Shown here in pieces: positions 33,887-42,524 of a DNA stretch of 42,920 nucleotides. Position 1 is the first letter of the stretch, and every line of letters starts with the position of its first letter. Source of the stretch: an uncultured Rhodothermaceae bacterium (GTDB lineage Bacteria; Bacteroidota; Rhodothermia; Rhodothermales; DASSAV01); the NCBI GenBank assembly GCA_965363675.1, contig CBDTTW010000002.1:1-42920 (forward strand), written 5' to 3'. Made by a program: the position numbers and the translations under genes. The notes under the pieces were generated by a model that saw nothing but the letters and a program-made list of their open reading frames with translations, did no database searches and was not told the origin of the DNA.

Positions 33887-35155
33887 ATGGACGACGTCAT
33901 TAGTGTGATCCTGGGCGGCGGCGCCGGCTCCCGGCTTTACCCGCTTACGCTGCACCGCTCGAAGCCTGCCGTACCGCTGGCCGGCAAGTATCGCCTCATC
34001 GATGTGCCCATCTCGAACTGCATCAACTCGGACGTCAACCGCATCTTTGTGCTGACGCAGTACAACTCGGCCAGCCTGAACCGGCACATCTCGCGCGCCT
34101 ACCAGTTCGACCGCTTCCGCCAGGGCTTCGTCAACATCATCGCCGCCGAGCAGACGCCTTCCTCGCTGGAGTGGTTTCAGGGCACCGCCGACGCCGTGCG
34201 CCAGAGCATGCCGCACATGCGCGTCTACAAACATTCGCACGTGCTCATCCTCTCCGGCGATCAGCTCTACCTGATGGACTACCGCGATCTGTTCCGGCAC
34301 CACGTAGAGCACGGCGCCGACATCACGCTCGCCACCATCCCCGTCACGGCGCGCGACGCTCCGGGCTTCGGCATCCTGAAAACGGGCGACGACCACGTAA
34401 TCACCGAGTTCCACGAGAAGCCCAAGCTCGACGAACTCGAAGGCAAGGATAGCCCCGTCAGCGAAGAGATGCAGGAGGCCGGCCGCGTGTACCTCGCCTC
34501 AATGGGCATCTATATCTTCAACGCGGACGTGCTTCAGGAGCTGCTCGACGCGAACCCGGAGCACAACGACTTCGGCAAGCAGATCATCCCGCTCGCCATT
34601 CGATCCAAGCGCGTCGTGAGCTACCCGTTCGAGGGCTACTGGAGCGACATCGGCACGATCCACTCGTTCTGGGAGGCGCACCTGCACCTCGCCCGGAAAG
34701 GGCCGGAGTTCGACATGTACAGCCAGAAGATGCCGCTCTACTCCAACGCCCGCATGCTGCCCCCGGCCAAGATCGAAAGCTCCTACATCCAGGACTCTCT
34801 GATCGCCGAGGCCAGCATCATCATCAACGCGCACATCTCGAACTCGGTCATCGGCATCCGGTCGTTCGTGGGGTACAACACCACCATTAAGAACACGATC
34901 ATGATGGGGTCGGACTACTTCCCGTGGCACGACAAGGACTTGCGCGAGTCCATCGACGGCCCGGCGCGTCCCGGCGTCGGCGAGGAGTCGTACGTCGAGG
35001 GATGCATCGTGGACCGCAACGTGAGCATCGGCCGCCGCTGCGTCATCAAGAACCGCGACAACGTGCAGGAGGCCAGCAACGACATGTTCTACATCCGCGA
35101 CGGGATCGTGGTGCTGCCCAAGAACGCCTGCATCCCCGACGACACGATCATCTGA
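33887..35155 (+). CDS. glgC: Glucose-1-phosphate adenylyltransferase
   Basis: From the internal ATG 33887: VILGGGAGSRLYPLTLHRSKPAVPLAGKYRLIDVPISNCINSDVNRIFVLTQYNSASLNRHI is the canonical GlgC N-terminus. A C-terminal left-handed beta-helix region is present. 422 aa. Confidence 0.95.
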   Translation: MDDVISVILGGGAGSRLYPLTLHRSKPAVPLAGKYRLIDVPISNCINSDVNRIFVLTQYNSASLNRHISRAYQFDRFRQGFVNIIAAEQTPSSLEWFQGTADAVRQSMPHMRVYKHSHVLILSGDQLYLMDYRDLFRHHVEHGADITLATIPVTARDAPGFGILKTGDDHVITEFHEKPKLDELEGKDSPVSEEMQEAGRVYLASMGIYIFNADVLQELLDANPEHNDFGKQIIPLAIRSKRVVSYPFEGYWSDIGTIHSFWEAHLHLARKGPEFDMYSQKMPLYSNARMLPPAKIESSYIQDSLIAEASIIINAHISNSVIGIRSFVGYNTTIKNTIMMGSDYFPWHDKDLRESIDGPARPGVGEESYVEGCIVDRNVSIGRRCVIKNRDNVQEASNDMFYIRDGIVVLPKNACIPDDTII

Positions 35156-35166
35156 CCCTACGCTCC

Positions 35167-35190
35167 GGCGGCGCGGGGACCCGCGCCGCC
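35167..35190 (+). terminator. Hairpin after glgC (terminator/attenuator)
   Basis: Perfect 10-bp GC stem ggcggcgcgg(35167-35176)/ccgcgccgcc(35181-35190), loop ggac, followed by GTTT. It begins 12 nt after the glgC stop. Confidence 0.55.
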
Positions 35191-35206
35191 GTTTCAGCCT
35201 GTAACC

Positions 35207-35833
35207 ATGCCCCTTTGCAAAAGGATGCCTGACCGCTTTTTGCTGCGCGCCGCCGCGCTCGGATGCCTGCTGCTGCTGGCCGGCTGCCGCACCTACGGCG
35301 CGTACGACAACGAGGAACTGTCGCTGGAGCAGATCCGGCTCTCGAACCGCGTGTTCGCCGAGGACCTGGCGCTTGCGCAGCAGCTTACGCGCCGCATCAG
35401 CGCTGAGGCGGGCGCTTCGCCGCAGGCGGCCGAGCTGCCGGCGCGCCTGGACCTGCTGCTCACGGTGCACGAGGCCGTGCTGGCCGAGCACCGCCGGCTC
35501 GAAGCCGAGGCCGAGGAGCACGCAGGCGACTACCGCTTCCTGAAGCGCGCGCTCGGGGCCATCATTACCGAGGAGGAGGTGGTGCGCGACCGCTACCTGG
35601 CGCTGCTGGACCCTGAGGCCACCGTTGCGCCCACCCGCCCGCAAAGCGCCTACCCCGGCGACGTGACGCAGCAAAGCCTCTACCACGTCCTGCCGCCGTA
35701 TTATCTGCAACTGGTGTACGGCGGCGGCGGACTTGCAACGCTCAGCGCTTCCGCCGGCCGCGCCGCCGCGAGCGTTCCCGCCGATACGGTCGGCGTGGCC
35801 GTCCCCCCGGCCGACACCGTCGCCGCCCGCTGA
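35207..35833 (+). CDS. Hypothetical lipoprotein
   Basis: Lipobox LLLLAGC after a positively charged N-terminus. High GC3. No recognisable domain. Confidence 0.55.
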   Translation: MPLCKRMPDRFLLRAAALGCLLLLAGCRTYGAYDNEELSLEQIRLSNRVFAEDLALAQQLTRRISAEAGASPQAAELPARLDLLLTVHEAVLAEHRRLEAEAEEHAGDYRFLKRALGAIITEEEVVRDRYLALLDPEATVAPTRPQSAYPGDVTQQSLYHVLPPYYLQLVYGGGGLATLSASAGRAAASVPADTVGVAVPPADTVAAR

Positions 35834-35862
35834 GAGGCCCGGCGAAGCCGGAGGCAAACGAG

Positions 35863-35908
35863 AAGCCGCCCGGCGACGCTCCGTGAAGGAGGCGTCGCCG
35901 GGCGGCTT
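35863..35908. terminator. Bidirectional intrinsic terminator between convergent genes
   Basis: Perfect 17-bp stem aagccgcccggcgacgc(35863-35879)/gcgtcgccgggcggctt(35892-35908), followed by gcttt on the plus strand. It sits between stops at 35833 (+) and 35933 (-). Confidence 0.75.
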
Positions 35909-35932
35909 GCTTTAGCGCCGTGCAGCGTCTTA

Positions 35933-36220
35933 TTAGTGCGGGCGCGGCCCCTCGCTTTCGAGGCCCCGGCGCTGCTCGCGCGCTTCGGTGGCGCGGCCCT
36001 CCGGCGTCGTCTCGGCGGGCTGCATGGCGCTCGTGCCCCGGCGGCCGTAGGCGAACATGATGGCGCCGAAAACCGCCAGGGCCAGGCCCCACCACAGGTT
36101 TACGTTGATCTGAAGCGAGCGCTCATAAATCGAGGCGTCGGAAATGACGCCGTGCGCCGCCAGCATGAGGCCCAGGATGAGAAACATCAGGCCGATAGGA
36201 AGGCGAATATCGAGACCCAT
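35933..36220 (-). CDS. Small two-TM membrane protein (95 aa) downstream of the symporter
   Basis: Two hydrophobic helices (LPIGLMFLILGLMLAAHGV; LWWGLALAVFGAIMFAY) plus a charged tail. It starts 30 nt after the symporter stop on the same strand. Confidence 0.55.
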   Translation of the reverse strand: MGLDIRLPIGLMFLILGLMLAAHGVISDASIYERSLQINVNLWWGLALAVFGAIMFAYGRRGTSAMQPAETTPEGRATEAREQRRGLESEGPRPH

Positions 36221-36250
36221 AGCGTTACGCTCGGTTTAAGCCGCGTGTGA

Positions 36251-37960
36251 CTACCAGAAGATAATGTTCAGGACGACGACCAGGGCCAGCACGATGACGG
36301 CCAGCGGGCCGGGGCGCTGGTGCCACGCGGCGCCTTCGTCGCGCGGGCGCTCCGTGAGCGAGTAGACCAGCCCGCGCATCTCCTCGTCGGTCTTGGCGCG
36401 CGTCGCCAGGCTCACGACGATCGTGACGACGAAGCAGACCGTCCAGGCCCAGATGGCCGTCCAGAAGTTCTGCGCCATTTCGCTCGGGTACTGCGTCAGC
36501 AAGCCCAGCCAGCCGCCCTTGATGCCGACGGCCGCCCCGGCCGGCAGGCTCAGCCCGTGGTGCAGCGCCGCCGCCGCCGTGCCGGAGACCAGCCCCCAGA
36601 AGGCCCCGTGTCCGGTGGCGCGTTTCCAGAACATGCCCAGCAGGAAGGTGGCGAACAGCGGCGCGTTCACGAAGGCGAACACGAGCTGGAGCATGTCCAT
36701 GATGTTGTTGAACTCGCCCGCCACGTAGGCCGCCAGCACGCTCAGCCCGATGCCCCCCACGGTAGCCATGCGGCCCATCCACAGGTAATGCGCGTCCGAG
36801 GCTTTCGGGTTGATGTAGCTCTGATAGATGTCGTACGTCCAGACCGTGTTGAACGCCGTGACGTTGCCGGCCATGCCGCTCATGAACGAGGCCATGAGCG
36901 CCGTCAGGCCAATGCCGAGCAGCCCCGAGGGGAAGTAGTGCACCAGCATGAGCGGAATCGCCATGTCGTAGTCGTAGCTGTCGCCCTTGACCGGAAGCTG
37001 GAAGCCCGTCTCGCCGCCGCCCGAAGTCAGGGCCATAGCGATCATGCCGGGCAGGATGACCAGGAACGGGAAGATCATCTTCGGGAAGGCCGCGATCAGG
37101 GGAGTGCGGCGCGCCGCGTTCATCGAGTCGGCCGCCATGGCGCGCTGCACCACGAGGAAGTCGGTGGTCCAGTAGCCGAAGCTGAGCACGAAGCCGAGCC
37201 CCATCACCATCGAGAACCACTCGATGCCCATAGGGTTGTCGGCGGGGTTGCCCAGGTGCGACCAGCTTTGCGTGTACGCGCCCGCCTCGAAGCCGCGCGA
37301 CGTGCTGAAGCTGGCGAGGCGCTCGGTCAGCCCGTCCCAGCCGCCTACGTCCATCAGGCCGAGGTACACGAGGGGCAAAAACCCGACGACGATGAGGAAA
37401 AACTGAAGCACTTCGTTATAAATCGCCGACGTGAGGCCGCCCAGGAAAATGTAGCCCAGCACGATGATGGCCGAGATCAGGATGGAGAAGTTGAAGTCCC
37501 ACCCGAGCAGCACGCCCATGAGCTTGGCGAGCGCATACATCGAAATGCCGGAGGAGAACACCGTCATCGCGGCGAAGCTGATGGCGTTGAAGCCGCGCGT
37601 TTTTTCGTCGAAGCGCAGCTTCAGGTATTCCGGGACGCTGCGCGCGCGCGAGCCGTAGTAGAAGGGCATCATGAAGACGCCCACGAACACCATGGCCGGG
37701 ATGGCGCCGACCCAGTAGAAGTGGCTCGTGGCAAGGCCGTACTTGGCCCCCGAGGCGCCCATGCCGATGACCTCCTGCGCGCCGAGGTTGGCCGAGAGGA
37801 AGGCCAGGCCCGCCACCCATGCCGGAATGGACCGCCCGGAGAGGAAAAAGTCCGTGCTCGACCGCATATAGCGCTTCAGCGCGAAGCCGATGCCGAGCAC
37901 GAAGATGAAGTAGACGATCAGGATTGCGTAGTCGATGAGGCCAAGCTGAACTTGTTGCAT
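36251..37960 (-). CDS. Sodium:solute symporter family transporter (SGLT-like)
   Basis: Internal start MQQVQLGLIDYAILIVYFIFVLGIGF...STDFFLSGRSIPAWVAGLAFLSANLGAQEVIGMGASGAKYG is the SSF signature region. About 13-14 TM segments. 569 aa. Confidence 0.9.
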   Translation of the reverse strand: MQQVQLGLIDYAILIVYFIFVLGIGFALKRYMRSSTDFFLSGRSIPAWVAGLAFLSANLGAQEVIGMGASGAKYGLATSHFYWVGAIPAMVFVGVFMMPFYYGSRARSVPEYLKLRFDEKTRGFNAISFAAMTVFSSGISMYALAKLMGVLLGWDFNFSILISAIIVLGYIFLGGLTSAIYNEVLQFFLIVVGFLPLVYLGLMDVGGWDGLTERLASFSTSRGFEAGAYTQSWSHLGNPADNPMGIEWFSMVMGLGFVLSFGYWTTDFLVVQRAMAADSMNAARRTPLIAAFPKMIFPFLVILPGMIAMALTSGGGETGFQLPVKGDSYDYDMAIPLMLVHYFPSGLLGIGLTALMASFMSGMAGNVTAFNTVWTYDIYQSYINPKASDAHYLWMGRMATVGGIGLSVLAAYVAGEFNNIMDMLQLVFAFVNAPLFATFLLGMFWKRATGHGAFWGLVSGTAAAALHHGLSLPAGAAVGIKGGWLGLLTQYPSEMAQNFWTAIWAWTVCFVVTIVVSLATRAKTDEEMRGLVYSLTERPRDEGAAWHQRPGPLAVIVLALVVVLNIIFW

Positions 37961-38255
37961 CGGTCGTGAGGGTTGAGCGGGGGGATGGGCCGGGCGCAGG
38001 CGCGTAGGCAGGCCGCCCGCGCCGTTGCGAGCGTTCTGCATACGATGGCGCAGTATAACAAAAACCGCTTGGATATGCCCGGCCCTCGCCGGGGGGCGCC
38101 GTCAATAAGAAATGAATGCGGCCTGGGCCCAAGCCTGCTTGAGCCCGGGGCGACGCAGCCGATACTTCATCATAATTAGCAGAAATAACTGTTACGGACC
38201 GGGAACGTTGAGCGCCGATTGTTGTAGTTTAGACTCAGTCTTATTTAAGAGAGCC

Positions 38256-38579
38256 ATGCAGCCTGACGACCCGTACGCGACCATGATTCCGCTGACCGCC
38301 CTCGGCGACGGGGCCAGCATCCGCCTGGGCGCCATGACGCTCGATCCGGTGCAGGCCGGCCGCCTGCGCGAGATGGGCCTGTGCGAAGGACGCTGCCTTT
38401 CGGTGCTGCGCGGCGGCGAGCGCATGATCGTCGGGTGCGGCGGCTGCCGCATTGCGCTGCACCGCGACCTGGCGCACGGCATGCTCGGCGAAGTGCTGCC
38501 CACCCCCGAGGGGGCCGCCCCGCGCGCCCCGGAAAAGCCCACGCCGATGCTCTCGCGTATTCTGCGCCGCTTCCGGTAG
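38256..38579 (+). CDS. feoA: FeoA-domain protein
   Basis: SH3-like FeoA pattern LTALGDGASIRLGAMTLDPVQAGRLREMGLCEGRCLSVLRGGERMIVGCGGCRIALHRDLA. It lies immediately upstream of feoB. Confidence 0.8.
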   Translation: MQPDDPYATMIPLTALGDGASIRLGAMTLDPVQAGRLREMGLCEGRCLSVLRGGERMIVGCGGCRIALHRDLAHGMLGEVLPTPEGAAPRAPEKPTPMLSRILRRFR

Positions 38580-38649
38580 CGCGCCTGTCCCCGGGGCCCG
38601 TTGTCGCAAGCGGCCGCCGAAGCGCCCTCTTCTACCTATCCCGTGAGCA

Positions 38650-40821
38650 ATGGCGAGTACGTGTTCGGAGTGCGGCGACTGCGCCGTATGCCTTCCGCAG
38701 CCTGAAGCCCGGACGCAGCAGCGCCTGGCGGCCCTCGTCGGCAACCCGAACGTCGGCAAGTCCACGATCTTCAACGCGCTGACGGGCCTTCGCCAGAAAG
38801 TCGGCAATTACCCCGGCGTCACCGTCGAGCGCAAGACGGGGCGGCTTGCCGGGCCTTTCCAGACCGACCTCATCGATTTGCCGGGGGCCTACAGCCTCAC
38901 CCCGCGCTCGCTCGACGAAGCGATCTGCGTGGATGTCATCCTCGGGCGCATGCCCTCGGAGCGCCGCCCGGACGTGCTGGCCGTCATTGTGGACGCGACC
39001 AACCTGGAGCGCAATCTGTACCTGGCGCTGCAACTGATTCATACGGGCCTGCCGGTCGTCGTCGTCGTCAACATGATCGACGAGGCCGAGCGCGCGGGCA
39101 TCGACATCGACCTGGCGTTGCTGGAGCAGGAACTCGGCGTTCCGGTGCTGGCTACGTCGGCGGCCAACCACCGGGGCCTAGTGGCCCTGCGAAACCGCCT
39201 GGTGGAGGAGGCGCTGCCCGTGCCGGCCGAACGCGTGCACCTGGCGCCCGAAGACCAGGAGCGGCTGCGCCCCCTGGCCGAGATGCTCCGTTACGCCGAG
39301 GAACGCAGCCCGGCCGCCGCGTACCGCGAGGTCGTCGAGGCGATTGCGCAGCCCGAGGCCCGCGAGGCGTGGAAGCGCCGCAGCCCTGCCTTTTACGCAG
39401 CCGTCGAGGAGCAGCGCGAAGCCCTGCGCGCGGCCAACCTCGACCCCGACCAGTACGCCACCCATGCGGCTTTCGCGTACCTGGCCTCGCTGGTGCAGAA
39501 GGCGGTCGCCGTCGATGCGACGCACGCCGGACGCTCTTGGACGGACGCCGTGGACCGCTGGCTCACGCACCCGACCTGGGGCGCGTTGTTCTTCGTGCTC
39601 ATCCTGGCCGTGATCTTTCAGGCCGTCTATGCCGGCGCCGCCCCCGCCATGGACGCCATCGACGGCGCGTTCGGCGCCCTCGGCGAGGCCGTGCGCACGG
39701 CGCTGCCGCCCGGTCTCGTCGCCAACCTGCTCGTCGAGGGCGTCGTTGCGGGCGTCGGGTCGGTGCTCATCTTCCTGCCGCAGATCTTGCTCCTGTTCTT
39801 CTTCATCGGCCTGCTCGAAGACACCGGCTACATGGCCCGCGCGGCCTTCGTCGCGGACCGGCTCATGGGCAAGCTCGGCCTCAGCGGCCGCTCGGTCGTG
39901 CCCCTCGTGAGCGGCTACGCCTGCGCCGTGCCGGCCATCATGGCGACCCGCACCATCGACAACCATCAGGATCGCCTCGTGACGATGATGGTGATCCCGC
40001 TGATGAGCTGCTCGGCGCGTTTGCCGATCTACGCGCTGTTCATCGCGGCGTTCATTCCGGCGGGCGCGTGGCTGGGCGTCGTCAATTATCAGGGCTTCAC
40101 GCTGTTTGCCCTGTACCTGGTCAGCACGGCTATGGCCCTCGGGGCGGCGTGGGTCCTCAAGAAGCGCCTCGGCGGCGGCTCGTCGCTGATGGTGCTGGAG
40201 CTTCCGGTGTACCGCCGCCCCAACTGGCGCTATGTCGGGCTGCGGCTGTTCGAGCGGGCGCGCCTGTTCGTGGTCAAGGCCGGCAGGATCATCTTTTTCA
40301 TGAGCATCGTGCTCTGGTTTCTGGCGAGCTTCCCCGAGTGGCGCCCCGGCCCCGGCGAAGCCGGGCGGCTCACGGAGGAGCAGGCGGCTTCCGAGCAGGT
40401 GCGCAACAGCTTCATCGGCCGCGCCGGGCGCGCCATCGAGCCGGTGATGCAGCCGCTCGGCTTCGACTGGAAGATCAGCGCCGGGCTCATCACGGCGTTC
40501 GCCGCCCGCGAGGTGCTCGTCAGCACGCTCGCCACCATCTACAGCGTCGGCGGCGCGGACGAAAACAGCGCCTCGCTCCACGAGCGCCTGCGCAGCGACA
40601 CCGACCCGGAGACGGGCGCGCGCGTGTTCTCGCCGCTCGTGGCCGTCTCCGTGATGGTGTTTTTCATGCTCGCCTGCCAGTGCATGAGCACGCTCGCCAT
40701 TACCCGGCGCGAAACCAACTCGTGGCGCTGGCCCGCCTTCATGTTCGGCTACATGACGGCTTTGGCCTACGTCTGCTCGCTCCTGGTATATCAGGGCGGC
40801 TTGCTGCTCGGCCTCGGATGA
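38650..40821 (+). CDS. feoB: Ferrous iron transporter FeoB (with an N-terminal Cys-rich extension)
   Basis: G-domain LVGNPNVGKSTIFNALTG...GNYPGVTVE...DLPGAYSL...NMIDEA, followed by the polytopic Gate-motif membrane domain. 723 aa. Confidence 0.95.
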   Translation: MASTCSECGDCAVCLPQPEARTQQRLAALVGNPNVGKSTIFNALTGLRQKVGNYPGVTVERKTGRLAGPFQTDLIDLPGAYSLTPRSLDEAICVDVILGRMPSERRPDVLAVIVDATNLERNLYLALQLIHTGLPVVVVVNMIDEAERAGIDIDLALLEQELGVPVLATSAANHRGLVALRNRLVEEALPVPAERVHLAPEDQERLRPLAEMLRYAEERSPAAAYREVVEAIAQPEAREAWKRRSPAFYAAVEEQREALRAANLDPDQYATHAAFAYLASLVQKAVAVDATHAGRSWTDAVDRWLTHPTWGALFFVLILAVIFQAVYAGAAPAMDAIDGAFGALGEAVRTALPPGLVANLLVEGVVAGVGSVLIFLPQILLLFFFIGLLEDTGYMARAAFVADRLMGKLGLSGRSVVPLVSGYACAVPAIMATRTIDNHQDRLVTMMVIPLMSCSARLPIYALFIAAFIPAGAWLGVVNYQGFTLFALYLVSTAMALGAAWVLKKRLGGGSSLMVLELPVYRRPNWRYVGLRLFERARLFVVKAGRIIFFMSIVLWFLASFPEWRPGPGEAGRLTEEQAASEQVRNSFIGRAGRAIEPVMQPLGFDWKISAGLITAFAAREVLVSTLATIYSVGGADENSASLHERLRSDTDPETGARVFSPLVAVSVMVFFMLACQCMSTLAITRRETNSWRWPAFMFGYMTALAYVCSLLVYQGGLLLGLG

Positions 40822-41336
40822 GCGCGCACGCCCCTCGCTACACCGCTACGGACATCGCCCGCGCGGGCCTGTTCGGCGCCGCCGCGCTCGTGTTTCCGCT
40901 GCTGTTCCACGTGCTGCACCTGGGCAAGTTGTTTCTGCCCATGTACATCCCACTCGTGGCGCTCGCCTTCCTGACGCGGCCTGCCGTCGCCGGGGCCGCC
41001 GGGCTGCTCACGCCGCTCGTCTCCGCCCTGGCGACGGGCATGCCGCCCTGGTACCCCCCGATTGCGCCCATCATGGCCGCCGAGCTGGGGGTGATGTGCG
41101 CGGCCATTGCGTGGGCGCACCGGCGGCGCCCGCGCCTGAATCTGTGGCTGCTCCTGGGCGCGGCGCTCGTGGGCGGGCGCGTGCTCGGCGCGGCGCTTAC
41201 CTACCTCGCCGCGGCGCTCATGGAGCTGCCCGCCCCGTTCGTGGCAAGCATTTCGTTTCTGGCCGGCTGGCCCGGCGTCGTCCTGATGATGGCGGTCATC
41301 CCGCCGTTCGTGCGCCTCGTGACGCTCCGGCGCTGA
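40818..41336 (+). CDS. ECF-transporter S-component-like membrane protein (172 aa, about 5 TM)
   Basis: The ATG overlaps the feoB TGA (ATGA at 40818-40821). The hydrophobic pattern FLPMYIPLVALAFLTRPAVAGAAGLLTPLVSALATGMPPW resembles ECF S components. The family call is by eye only. Confidence 0.55.
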   Translation: MSAHAPRYTATDIARAGLFGAAALVFPLLFHVLHLGKLFLPMYIPLVALAFLTRPAVAGAAGLLTPLVSALATGMPPWYPPIAPIMAAELGVMCAAIAWAHRRRPRLNLWLLLGAALVGGRVLGAALTYLAAALMELPAPFVASISFLAGWPGVVLMMAVIPPFVRLVTLRR

Positions 41337-41431
41337 GGGCGCTTGCGACACAGGGCTGTCACGCAGCCGGGGTATCCTGGGCGGAAAGGGCTAAAGACGC
41401 CCCCCCAGCAACCCCACAAGCCGCCGACGCC

Positions 41432-41692
41432 ATGGAAATGAGCCAGCCCCACAACCAGCACGCCGAGGAGTACGAGCAGGCCATTCACGCCCAGGCGCGG
41501 GCAGAATGCCGCTGCCTCTGCGCCCGGGACTTCTTCGAGTTCGGCGCGGTCCAGATAGAAACCGTGCTGGCGTGCAGGCGGCTGCTGGCGCTGGCCGAGG
41601 AGAAGGCGGCGGAGATCCGGCAGATCGACCGGGCGCGCCTGCGCTTTCACCTGCGCGCCGAGGGTGCGGCGGTGCACTGCTTCTACAACTGA
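41432..41692 (+). CDS. Small soluble 5-Cys hypothetical protein (86 aa)
   Basis: Internal ATG of ORF 41096..41692. GC3 is genome-like, whereas the competing frames are Arg/Pro-rich junk. Contains CRCLC plus two further Cys residues. It lies between the S-like and T-like genes. Confidence 0.4.
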   Translation: MEMSQPHNQHAEEYEQAIHAQARAECRCLCARDFFEFGAVQIETVLACRRLLALAEEKAAEIRQIDRARLRFHLRAEGAAVHCFYN

Positions 41693-41801
41693 GGCGCCGC
41701 CGGGCGGGGGAAAGCGTGCGGCGGCAGGGGGAGGAGGCCGCGCTTTTCGCGTACCTTTCTTCCTCGTCGGCCTTTTCGCGGCGCCCACTCCCCCCACGGC
41801 T

Positions 41802-42524
41802 ATGGCGGCTTCCGGAGCTTTGCATGCTTTCCTCCCCCCGGCGGCGCGGCTGCGGCCGGGGATGCGCCTGTGGGCGGGCGTGTGCGTCGCGGCGGCGTGC
41901 GTGCTGCCGCCGCAGCACCTTTCGGCGGCGCATGGCTGGGCGGCGGCGACGCTGGTAGGCTGGGCGGCGGTGTGCGGCGTGCAGGCGGCGCGGCCGGCGG
42001 CGGCGCCGGCGGGCGTCGCGGCGGCCCTGGGCGCGGCCCTGGCTCTCTGGGCGCCGCAGGCCGCCGAGGCCGGTTTGGCGGGGCGGCTCGGCTGGATCGG
42101 GTTGCACACGCTGATGGCGATGGCGGCGGCCCTCGTGACCGCGCGCGCGGTGGGCGCGGCCGAGGCGGCCGAGGCGCTGCGGGCGGCGCCGCTGCCCGCG
42201 CTGGCGCGCCACATCCTCCTGAGCATGTTGCATCAGGCCCCGGCCTTGCGCCGCGAGGCCCACGCCCTGCGCCGCGCCGCCGCCGTCCGCGCGCCGAGCC
42301 CGCGCGCCCGGCGGATGCTGCTGCGCGGCCTGCCCGCCGTGTGGCTGCCGCGCCTGCTGCAACGCGCCGATGCCGTAGGCCGCGCCATGGAGATCCGGGG
42401 CTATCTCGCGCCCGGCTATCAGCCCCCACGCCGCCCCTGGACGCCCGCCGACGCCCTCGCGGCCCTCGCGGCCGCCGCCGCGCCCCTGGGCGTGCTGGCG
42501 CTTCGGGCAGGAGCGCGCCTATGA
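41802..42524 (+). CDS. EcfT/CbiQ-like ECF transporter transmembrane component (Ala-rich, 240 aa)
   Basis: The N-terminal ALHAFLPPAARL matches the EcfT 'lH.ldPr.kl' start. The C-terminal ...LPRLLQRADAVGRAMEIRGY matches the conserved EcfT coupling region. The stop overlaps the next ATG. Confidence 0.55.
   Translation: MAASGALHAFLPPAARLRPGMRLWAGVCVAAACVLPPQHLSAAHGWAAATLVGWAAVCGVQAARPAAAPAGVAAALGAALALWAPQAAEAGLAGRLGWIGLHTLMAMAAALVTARAVGAAEAAEALRAAPLPALARHILLSMLHQAPALRREAHALRRAAAVRAPSPRARRMLLRGLPAVWLPRLLQRADAVGRAMEIRGYLAPGYQPPRRPWTPADALAALAAAAAPLGVLALRAGARL

Noticed and set aside
38161-38180. AT-rich GATACTTCATCATAATTAGC upstream of feoA as a Fur box
   Set aside because: Only one half-site (TCATAAT) resembles the TGATAAT-N-ATTATCA consensus, and alignment to the 19-bp box gives about 7/19 matches. 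It may still be promoter DNA, but I cannot support a Fur site.
34499-40581. Other long antisense ORFs: 34499..35857 (-), 36320..37969 (+), 39178..40581 (-)
   Set aside because: Each lies opposite a gene with unambiguous family motifs (glgC, SSF symporter, feoB) and shows high-GC antisense composition.
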